5,405 nucleotides of DNA, from positions 1 through 5,405 of the IMG/VR virus record IMGVR_UViG_3300022693_000541. The stretch is one strand, 5' to 3'. Every line of letters starts with the position of its first letter. Position 1 is the stretch's first letter. The notes below the pieces were generated by a model. It made no database searches, was not told where the DNA came from, and saw nothing but the letters and a program-made list of their open reading frames with translations. Made by a program: the position numbers and the translations under genes. Shown here piece by piece: positions 1 to 5,405 of the stretch.

Positions 1-2
1 AA

Positions 3-326
3 GATACTAATGCTGTATCTACTTATGTTGATGGAGCGTCTGGATTGAATTACGAATGGTCGGGAACTGCCAATGCTTCTACTTCTAGAAAGCGTCCTGC
101 CATGTCTGTTATACGTGGTATACAGATTAAGAATGAATCCGGTACCAGTGCTGAAATTGTGTATGTAGCTTTTGATACAATTGCGTCCTCTAGTACGGGA
201 ATACCTGTATTGGCGGGAGCCACATATGAATCTAATTTTCCTGTAGACTTTAGGGATAATGTCTCAGTAGTATCTGCCTCTGGAACTCCTACTGTTAGCG
301 GGGTCATCTGGGGAGTCCATAGCTAA
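3..326 (+). CDS. 5'-truncated probable virion/structural protein (C-terminal part)
   Basis: The frame is open from position 3 (DTNAVSTYVDGASGLNYEWSGTANASTS...), so the TTG at 45 is probably not the true start. YVDG-x6-W-x-GT-x3-STS resembles a motif recurrent in phage minor tail/virion proteins (recalled, not searched). The C-terminus is beta-rich (IQIKN...VYVAFD...GIPVLAG). Stop TAA 324-326 overlaps the next ATG (TAATG). Confidence 0.6.
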   Translation, partial: DTNAVSTYVDGASGLNYEWSGTANASTSRKRPAMSVIRGIQIKNESGTSAEIVYVAFDTIASSSTGIPVLAGATYESNFPVDFRDNVSVVSASGTPTVSGVIWGVHS

Positions 327-1825
327 TGACTACATCCACTATTAAGACGGGTATAGGAGACATCCCCAGTCCTTCAAATTGGGTACACAATACTGAGATG
401 TATCAGACTGTTGGTATTGATGCTACCATACTTCCCATTGAAAAGCAAGATAGTGGTAAGGTTTCTTTAGAAGATATTTCTGATGCCCTTGATGAATATA
501 AACGATTATTTAAAGCGGGAATAGCTTCTAAAGCTGAAATTATTACATTGTCTAGAGCTTATCCAGACTCTACTTTGTACTCTAAAGCTGTCTCTAAACT
601 TAGTGAGGGAGATCCTATGATTTTAGGTGGCCCCGCCTCTGTAGAATTAATTGATAGAGAAGGGCATCTAATCACTACAGTTGCTTTAGAAAAAGCTTTC
701 AAGAAATACATGAATAATTTTCGTACCAGGAATACAATGGTACTACATTCTGATGTTCAAGTTGGATGGGCCTTACCTGCATATATTTCTAAGGGTGGAC
801 AGATATTTAAGTCTGGTGTAGGAGCGGAGGGACTTTTCTTCATTACGGAATTGCGGGATGATACCAAAATTGCCCAACGGGTTATGGATCAAGTTAATGA
901 AGGGAAGCTAAGGAGTTATTCCATTGCGGGAAGTGCAACTAAAACTCAGAATATGCAGAAAGGTTTACAACCTTATATGCAAGTAGACGAAATGGAACTA
1001 GCAGAAGTTACAGTTTGTGAGAAGGGGGTAAACCAAAGTGCTGGGTTTGACATTCTAAAAGCAGAGGGAGCAGTAACTACTTGTATTGATGGTAGTTGCC
1101 TTATGCAGAAACAGGAATGTAATGGTAGTTGCCTTCTCCAGAAAGAAGAAGGTAAAATTACTCAGCTAGACTCAGGCTATAGAAATGCTACGGATGTTGA
1201 AATGCAAAATGGGATTATGTGTGGTACCTGTAAGTTCTTTAATAAACAGGAACAAACATGTGATATAATTGAAGGAATGATTGAAGACCACATGTACTGC
1301 AAAATTTTTGCACCTCTGGATGAATCTCCAACTATTGATGAAGGAAGGGAATTAACTATGTTAATGGAAAAAGCAGATGGGTCAATTGATTTTACTGGGT
1401 CTTTCTTGAACTGGATGAAGAAACAAGGCAAACCTTCCTCGCCAAAAGATATGGCTGGAACCTTTGCAACCCTATTGAATACTGCGGGAAGGGTATCAGA
1501 ACATCATCAATTACTACGGGAGTATGGATTTCCTTCTGAGCAACCTCAAGAAGCCATGCGGTACACTCCAGTAATAGAAACAGAAACAGATGACTTTGGA
1601 ATTCCCATTCATATGAAACCTCCGTGGACTGTTAATGAAGCGGGGTCACATCTGGGAAAGAAATTAGATGCTGATGCTCCTACTTACGATACTTCGTTAG
1701 CTGCTAAGGCTGAGAAGGATTTGCAAACAACTATGCATCCTTGGTATTCGTCAGAAATAAAGGTGGCTTTTCCTATTCGGAAATCGTTTACCAAATGGTT
1801 TCATGATAATGAGTTCTATCTATAA
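326..1825 (+). CDS. Phage prohead (capsid maturation) protease, HK97/peptidase S78-like, with Cys-rich and HiPIP-like C-terminal extensions
   Basis: Residues ~97-246 show the family motifs: ILGGPASVELIDREGHLI, MVLH141SD (His), GKLRSYS199IAG (Ser), ELAE227VTVCEKGVN and FDILKA. GGGGAG RBS at 310-315, TAATG coupling. Confidence 0.85.
   Translation: MTTSTIKTGIGDIPSPSNWVHNTEMYQTVGIDATILPIEKQDSGKVSLEDISDALDEYKRLFKAGIASKAEIITLSRAYPDSTLYSKAVSKLSEGDPMILGGPASVELIDREGHLITTVALEKAFKKYMNNFRTRNTMVLHSDVQVGWALPAYISKGGQIFKSGVGAEGLFFITELRDDTKIAQRVMDQVNEGKLRSYSIAGSATKTQNMQKGLQPYMQVDEMELAEVTVCEKGVNQSAGFDILKAEGAVTTCIDGSCLMQKQECNGSCLLQKEEGKITQLDSGYRNATDVEMQNGIMCGTCKFFNKQEQTCDIIEGMIEDHMYCKIFAPLDESPTIDEGRELTMLMEKADGSIDFTGSFLNWMKKQGKPSSPKDMAGTFATLLNTAGRVSEHHQLLREYGFPSEQPQEAMRYTPVIETETDDFGIPIHMKPPWTVNEAGSHLGKKLDADAPTYDTSLAAKAEKDLQTTMHPWYSSEIKVAFPIRKSFTKWFHDNEFYL
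1082..1150 (+). repeat. In-frame imperfect tandem duplication, 33-nt period, encoding C-(I)-D/N-GSCL-x-QK-x-E twice
   Basis: ATGGTAGTTGCCTT occurs identically at 1089-1102 and 1122-1135. The protein reads CIDGSCLMQKQE / CNGSCLLQKEE. Confidence 0.85.
1154..1315 (+). other. HiPIP-like (high-potential iron-sulfur protein) four-cysteine domain inside the prohead protease ORF
   Basis: Residues 277-330 read K-ITQLDSG-Y285...C299-GT-C302-KFF-x6-C312-DIIEGMI-x4-Y-C325-KIF. This matches the small-HiPIP pattern (upstream Tyr, CxxCxxF, C-x-x-V/I-x-G-x-I, aromatic-C-x-x-aromatic). Confidence 0.65.
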
Positions 1826-1857
1826 TCATAATATGTAATATTCCACGCCTATCAAGG

Positions 1858-1885
1858 TTGACTTTCTCCTTTCTTGGTGTATAAT
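1858..1885 (+). promoter_or_regulatory. sigma70/sigmaA-type promoter
   Basis: TTGACT (1858-1863), 16-nt spacer, TATAAT (1880-1885), intergenic. It is followed by the purine-rich RBS AAGGGGGG (1905-1912) and ATG 1917. Confidence 0.75.
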
Positions 1886-1916
1886 AAAATAACACAAGAA
1901 ATTTAAGGGGGGTCAA

Positions 1917-2111
1917 ATGATAAGTAGTATAATCTTTTTCGGTATTGCAGGACTTGTAATATGTTTAATGGCAATAGTTTATGATAGAGGTAAGTCGGGG
2001 CATTCTGTGGAGTATTACAGATATTTAGAGAATAATAAAGTTCCTCCCCCGTCAGATAAAGACGACAGAATAATTCTTTATAATAACTTATGGGGAGTTA
2101 GGAGAAAGTGA
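1917..2111 (+). CDS. Small membrane-anchored hypothetical protein (64 aa)
   Basis: N-terminal hydrophobic helix IIFFGIAGLVICLMAIVY. RBS and promoter lie upstream, and the stop overlaps the next GTG (GTGA). Confidence 0.75.
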   Translation: MISSIIFFGIAGLVICLMAIVYDRGKSGHSVEYYRYLENNKVPPPSDKDDRIILYNNLWGVRRK

Positions 2112-2260
2112 AGTCTTTGCGCCCACAAATTCTTGTATGTATAATTATCCTAGGTGCTATTGCCATATTTTCTTTGGAATTAGAACATACTGCAATTACT
2201 ACTGGCTGTATAACATTGTTAGGGGCACTGGGAATGAAAATATTGGAGTCGGAAAAGTGA
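2108..2260 (+). CDS. 50-aa two-helix membrane protein (holin-like topology), absent from the ORF track
   Basis: GTG start in a GTGA overlap, with GGGGAG/AGGAG upstream. Translation MKSLRPQILVCIIILGAIAIFSLELEHTAITTGCITLLGALGMKILESEK gives two hydrophobic segments and a charged C-terminus. It tiles exactly between its neighbours. Confidence 0.8.
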   Translation: MKSLRPQILVCIIILGAIAIFSLELEHTAITTGCITLLGALGMKILESEK

Positions 2261-2385
2261 AAAAAAGTTGGGTACGATGTCCAGGTTGTCAACGAAAGCA
2301 ACATGCTAAGACTACTAAATCTGGGACTATGTGTGCCCCTTGTGTTAAACAGGGCAAGACTACTCAGACAGGTAAATTTAGATAA
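2257..2385 (+). CDS. 42-aa basic zinc-finger peptide (CxxC-x14-CxxC)
   Basis: GTG in a GTGA overlap, GGAG at 2245-2248. MKKSWVRCPGCQRKQHAKTTKSGTMCAPCVKQGKTTQTGKFR is the 3' half of track ORF 2137..2385. Confidence 0.75.
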   Translation: MKKSWVRCPGCQRKQHAKTTKSGTMCAPCVKQGKTTQTGKFR

Positions 2386-2400
2386 CTAAGGAGTTCTATA

Positions 2401-2589
2401 ATGGCAGAATGTGTTTGTGATGTTAATGCCTATGCGCTACAAGGTATCTGTGAATGTGAAGGAGAGTGTCCATGTGAGTGTGAAGTATGTGAGTGTGAAC
2501 AGGTTAATCTGTGGTCTGTAGATTTAATCGAAGAATGTCCTTGTGGTGATGGACATTGTAGCTGTGGAAAAGCCCCCTATGAAACTTAA
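2401..2589 (+). CDS. Acidic cysteine-rich metallothionein-like protein (62 aa)
   Basis: 13 Cys, all in CxC/CxCxC motifs, 14 Asp/Glu, 1 Lys and 1 His. Strong RBS TAAGGAG at 2387-2393. Confidence 0.7.
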   Translation: MAECVCDVNAYALQGICECEGECPCECEVCECEQVNLWSVDLIEECPCGDGHCSCGKAPYET

Positions 2590-2896
2590 TAGAACATTAC
2601 TTATTAAAGCACTATCCGCAATAATGGCATTCCTAGGTTTCTTCATGAAAAAGGATTTAGCTAGATACACGCTTACTATTACAGATGTAGTAGACGCAGG
2701 GAAAGATTCGGGAATGACTGTGTTATCAATTATAGATGCCATGAAAGACCGTAAGTTAAGCCCTGAAGAAACTTTAGAGTTAGCAGAAAGATTGACTTCT
2801 AATAAAAGAAGTTTAGATAAAGCTCTTACTACTCTCATTAAAGATCTGAAAGATCATGCAATTGAAAAAACAAAGGGGGGGAATGAAGATGCTTGA
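2579..2896 (+). CDS. Hypothetical protein with N-terminal hydrophobic/signal-anchor helix (about 105 aa)
   Basis: ATG 2579 gives MKLNRTLLIKALSAIMAFLGFFMKK and only an 11-nt overlap with the upstream gene. The remainder is helical (DAMKDRKLSPEETLELAERL). The start is uncertain. Confidence 0.7.
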   Translation: MKLNRTLLIKALSAIMAFLGFFMKKDLARYTLTITDVVDAGKDSGMTVLSIIDAMKDRKLSPEETLELAERLTSNKRSLDKALTTLIKDLKDHAIEKTKGGNEDA

Positions 2897-3086
2897 AAGA
2901 CTGGCCCAATTAATAATTAGATTAAAAGAAGTACTTCTTCATGTAGAAGAACGTCAAAAAGAAGCACATGGGAATGAAGCAGAGATAAAAGACTTACACG
3001 CAGAACTAGTTAGTTTAAAGAAAGACCAAGTAGATGCTATGAAAGCACTAGATGAACTAGAAGAGGTCATTAAAAAATGGGTATAG
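2889..3086 (+). CDS. Coiled-coil hypothetical protein (65 aa)
   Basis: The G-run RBS at 2875-2881 is 7 nt before ATG 2889. Heptad-like Leu/Ile pattern, rich in Glu/Lys. Confidence 0.75.
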   Translation: MLERLAQLIIRLKEVLLHVEERQKEAHGNEAEIKDLHAELVSLKKDQVDAMKALDELEEVIKKWV

Positions 3087-3544
3087 TTTATGATAAAATA
3101 GTTAAACTTAAACAGATGTGTACTCCTCCTGATTTAACTGAACCTTTGTTTGAAGCAAACACTGATTGGATAGGCCAAAAATTACGTGATGTAAATATTC
3201 TTAATACGGGAATGCATCATAAACCATTAGACAATAAATATTGGTGTTGCTCTCGATTGGATTTTGATGCTATAATCAAGTGGGATTGGACTGACAATAA
3301 AAAATATATAGCAGAAAAGTATGATTGTGATAATTTTGCCTTTAGTTTTAAAGCTAGAATGGATAGGAGATTTCATTTGAACAACGTGGGCTTGGTGATT
3401 GACTATTCGGGTGGACACGCTTATAATGTGATTGTTTTCTCTGACGGAACTGTGACATTGTTTGAGCCTCAATCAGATAGCTTCCCAATTTTAAATCCAG
3501 TAGCTGGATATTATAGATGTACATCGGGGTTTATAGTAATATGA
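3077..3544 (+). CDS. Papain/transglutaminase-like cysteine peptidase related to the C-terminal domain of Marasmius oreades agglutinin (lectin MOA-related / Agglutinin_C)
   Basis: Motifs D-x-x-Y (LDNKY), Y-x-x-E-x-YDC84DNFA, GGH114AYN and LFE130PQ reproduce the Cys-His-Glu triad arrangement of MOA. GAGGT RBS at 3063-3067. Confidence 0.8.
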   Translation: MGIVYDKIVKLKQMCTPPDLTEPLFEANTDWIGQKLRDVNILNTGMHHKPLDNKYWCCSRLDFDAIIKWDWTDNKKYIAEKYDCDNFAFSFKARMDRRFHLNNVGLVIDYSGGHAYNVIVFSDGTVTLFEPQSDSFPILNPVAGYYRCTSGFIVI

Positions 3545-3783
3545 TGACTAATGATGGTTATAACCAGGAAAAATATACTGAAATACTAGAATCAATACGT
3601 CCTTTTTATCCTAACAATCCTAATAAAGCTTACGCTATTGTTACGGAAAAGATTGGGCCAGTCTTTAATGATGTTCTTATCCAGTTATTGTGGAGGCAAT
3701 TGGATATGGAAAATATAAATACTCGTAGTGTAGAACATACAGTACCTTATCAAGTGATGAAGGGACGTTTTAATATGAATTAG
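3541..3783 (+). CDS. Hypothetical protein (about 80 aa)
   Basis: The ATGA overlap with the upstream stop (3541-3544) favours this start over 3517. No recognisable motif. Confidence 0.65.
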   Translation: MMTNDGYNQEKYTEILESIRPFYPNNPNKAYAIVTEKIGPVFNDVLIQLLWRQLDMENINTRSVEHTVPYQVMKGRFNMN

Positions 3784-3785
3784 GA

Positions 3786-3858
3786 ACTCCCAAACCGAGA
3801 TGAGGGAGTAAGGAGGTGATCCAGTTTCACCTAGGGGGCATCTGAAAATGATGCCCCC
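3786..3858 (+). ncRNA. Candidate structured RNA element: three tandem hairpins with a 15-nt complement to the 16S rRNA 3' end
   Basis: Stem 1 is ACTCCC 3786-3791 / GGGAGT 3804-3809. AAGGAGGTGATCCAG lies at 3810-3824. Stem 2 is AGGTGA 3814-3819 / TCACCT 3827-3832. Stem 3 is GGGGGCATC 3834-3842 / GATGCCCCC 3850-3858. Confidence 0.55.
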
Positions 3859-3866
3859 GATTGTTT
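3834..3866 (+). terminator. Possible intrinsic terminator or 3'-protective hairpin
   Basis: Perfect 9-bp GC-rich stem with a 7-nt loop, at the end of a gene cluster and just before a promoter. The U-tract is weak (GATTGTTT). Confidence 0.5.
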
Positions 3867-3893
3867 GACAAGGGGCCAACGTTGTGATAAAGT
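3865..3893 (+). promoter_or_regulatory. sigma70/sigmaA-type promoter with extended -10
   Basis: TTGACA (3865-3870), 17-nt spacer, TAAAGT (3888-3893), preceded by TGTG-n (3883-3887). Confidence 0.75.
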
Positions 3894-3921
3894 AATGGAA
3901 CTGAATTTTTTGGAGGTGACT

Positions 3922-3996
3922 ATGGAAATACAAGATCCTGCGAAAGCCCTATGGATACTAATTGCTTTTGGATTGTTAGCTTCGTTAGTAGTATGA
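3922..3996 (+). CDS. 24-aa single-helix hydrophobic peptide, absent from the ORF track
   Basis: Strong RBS GGAGGTGA at 3912-3919. Translation is MEIQDPAKALWILIAFGLLASLVV. The stop overlaps the next ATG (ATGA 3993-3996). Confidence 0.7.
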   Translation: MEIQDPAKALWILIAFGLLASLVV

Positions 3997-4292
3997 ATAT
4001 GAATAATGGTAATACATCACAGCCCGAATGGTCTGTTTTAGGCTCTGAGTTACTAGAGGGGTCAATGATGGAACCTTCTTATGGAGAAGCAATGCGTCTA
4101 TTAGACACCCCTGGAGTAGACCCAGCTTTATATATGCTCTTTTGTTCCTTACCTCAAGGGCATATGTGTATTACTAATCAAGATCCTACAGGTACTTGGT
4201 CAGTCGCAGAGGTAAGAGGGCTAATGCAATGCGCTTTTATGTTGGGTACTTACGTTAAAAAATCAATTGAGGAAGCAGAAAAGCTATGGTAA
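3993..4292 (+). CDS. Hypothetical protein (about 99 aa)
   Basis: ATGA coupling to the 24-aa ORF favours 3993 (or 3999) over the track start 3951. No recognisable motif. Confidence 0.7.
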   Translation: MNMNNGNTSQPEWSVLGSELLEGSMMEPSYGEAMRLLDTPGVDPALYMLFCSLPQGHMCITNQDPTGTWSVAEVRGLMQCAFMLGTYVKKSIEEAEKLW

Positions 4293-4468
4293 TGTCTTAT
4301 TTAATTACGTCTAATGCAGAATATACTAATAGGATTAATATGATTGAAGAGAAGATTGATAAAATGTTGGACAAATTACAAATTTTGGAGTATAATATTA
4401 ATGTAATCTCCACCGCTTTAAACAAAGAATTGGATACTATATCTGATATAGTACGGACATTAAAGTAG
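4286..4468 (+). CDS. Coiled-coil hypothetical protein (58-60 aa)
   Basis: Heptad pattern RINMIEEKIDKMLDKLQILEYNI. The start is 4286 or 4292 (TAATG overlap). Confidence 0.7.
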   Translation: MVMSYLITSNAEYTNRINMIEEKIDKMLDKLQILEYNINVISTALNKELDTISDIVRTLK

Positions 4469-4484
4469 TTTAGGAGGGTTTAAG

Positions 4485-5309
4485 ATGAGTTTATCACAGG
4501 CAGAAATTCATGAAAAGATTTTATATCCAGTTACTAAAGTGTTGGCAGGAAATGCAGGGGGAAGTGGGGTTTTAGTATACAGTAAAGAAGACCCCAATAA
4601 ACCAGGCGATTTTATTAATATTGCTTTAACTTGTCAACATGTTATTGATGGTGCTATTAAAGTCTCTGAACAATGGGATAACATTCTTAAGAAGGATGTA
4701 AAATCAGATGTGTTAGAGGAAGTTCGCATTGAAGTCTTTGACTACGATAAGAGTAAAGTAGTGTCGGCTAATTCGACAACGGCTCAAATCATTGCTTACG
4801 ATAAACATCATGACTTAGCCGCTGTTAAACTAAATAATACTAGACCTATGAGAAATGTAGCTACTGTTATACCTAAAGAACCAATAAAAGAACTCCAAGT
4901 AACTGATCCTGTATGGGTTTGTGGATGTTCTTTACTTCATGACCCTTTCCCAAGTCCAGGTAACCTAACATATCTACGTGAAATCATTGACCAGAAAGCA
5001 TACCTGATGCAGAATGCTCCTAGTATATTTGGGAACTCTGGTGGAGGTTTGTTTCACGGAGACACTGGACATCTACTGGGACTAACCTCTAGAATTACTT
5101 CTACCCAACTTGGATTTGGTATAGATATTATGACATGGATGGGATTCAGTACACATCCTGATAGATTATATGAGTTCTTTGAACATCAAGAACTACAGTT
5201 TCTATATGATGATACTGATAATTATTATGATGCTTTGCATCGTAGAGACAGTCGTAGGCATGAAGCTTTACGGAATCTATTGTTTGAATCTAAAGGGGAG
5301 AGTCCTTAG
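4485..5309 (+). CDS. Trypsin-like (clan PA, HtrA/Trypsin_2-type) serine protease without signal peptide or PDZ domain
   Basis: Motifs GSGV, ALTCQH52VI, HD110LAAVKL and GNS185GGGLF. AGGAGG RBS at 4472-4477. Confidence 0.9.
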   Translation: MSLSQAEIHEKILYPVTKVLAGNAGGSGVLVYSKEDPNKPGDFINIALTCQHVIDGAIKVSEQWDNILKKDVKSDVLEEVRIEVFDYDKSKVVSANSTTAQIIAYDKHHDLAAVKLNNTRPMRNVATVIPKEPIKELQVTDPVWVCGCSLLHDPFPSPGNLTYLREIIDQKAYLMQNAPSIFGNSGGGLFHGDTGHLLGLTSRITSTQLGFGIDIMTWMGFSTHPDRLYEFFEHQELQFLYDDTDNYYDALHRRDSRRHEALRNLLFESKGESP

Positions 5310-5347
5310 GGTATGAAGAAGCAAAGGAAACTGAAAAATGCCAGGAC

Positions 5348-5376
5348 TTGACATGCTTGTGCGATTCGGTTATTGT
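5348..5376 (+). promoter_or_regulatory. Probable sigma70-type promoter for a downstream unit
   Basis: TTGACA (5348-5353), 17-nt spacer, TATTGT (5371-5376), intergenic. Confidence 0.6.
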
Positions 5377-5405
5377 ATCATCTGTGACAACGGGCCAGAC
5401 AAGAA

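Noticed and set aside
1864-1873. Minus-strand SD-like GAAAGGAGAA in the promoter spacer
   Set aside because: It leads only to a 9-codon TTG ORF, and no minus-strand promoter is evident.
2137-2256. 5' half of track ORF 2137..2385
   Set aside because: It overlaps the better-supported 2108-2260 membrane gene. The real start is likely GTG 2257, with RBS and GTGA coupling.
2449-2499. TGTGAR-type short DNA repeats suggesting a repeat array
   Set aside because: Fully explained by Cys-Glu codons of the metallothionein-like gene. No CRISPR-like spacer structure is present.
3810-3824. 16S rRNA gene fragment on the minus strand, or a 1541R-type primer remnant
   Set aside because: The match stops after 15 nt (the next bases are TTTCAC, not CCGCA). 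The flanks are not rRNA, and the motif is integrated into local hairpins.
3816-3845. Mini-ORF from GTG (MIQFHLGGI) with GGGAG 7 nt upstream
   Set aside because: Only 9 codons, its putative RBS is in stem 1 and its start lies within the super-SD. It cannot be excluded as a leader peptide but is unsupported.
50-3933. Minus-strand track ORFs (50-307, 1177-1431, 2098-2304, 2524-2838, 3227-3472, 3685-3933)
   Set aside because: They are antisense shadows of well-supported plus-strand genes or regulatory DNA, with no recognisable motifs.
3951-3992. Track start for ORF 3951..4292
   Set aside because: It has no RBS and overlaps the 24-aa gene. ATGA coupling at 3993 is more plausible.
5313-5351. 12-codon basic ORF MKKQRKLKNART
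   Set aside because: Too short, and it coincides with the A-rich region upstream of the -35 box.

Overview
AT-rich, densely coding, all-plus-strand segment that looks like a tailed dsDNA phage (Caudoviricetes) of a bacterial host, based on sigma70-type promoters, strong Shine-Dalgarno sites and many overlapping stop/start junctions. It begins with a 5'-truncated virion-type protein. A 499-aa HK97-like prohead protease follows, carrying C-terminal extras: a duplicated Cys motif and a HiPIP-like four-Cys domain. Next is a promoter-driven cluster of small genes: membrane peptides, a zinc-finger peptide, an acidic metallothionein-like protein, coiled-coil proteins and a MOA/agglutinin-C-type Cys-His-Glu peptidase. 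That cluster ends in a three-hairpin non-coding element containing a 15-nt perfect complement to the 16S rRNA 3' end with no properly spaced start codon. A second promoter then drives a 24-aa hydrophobic peptide, two hypotheticals and a trypsin-like serine protease. Three small genes (2108-2260, 2257-2385, 3922-3996) are missing or mis-started in the supplied ORF track. Family calls come from motif recognition only; no searches were run.
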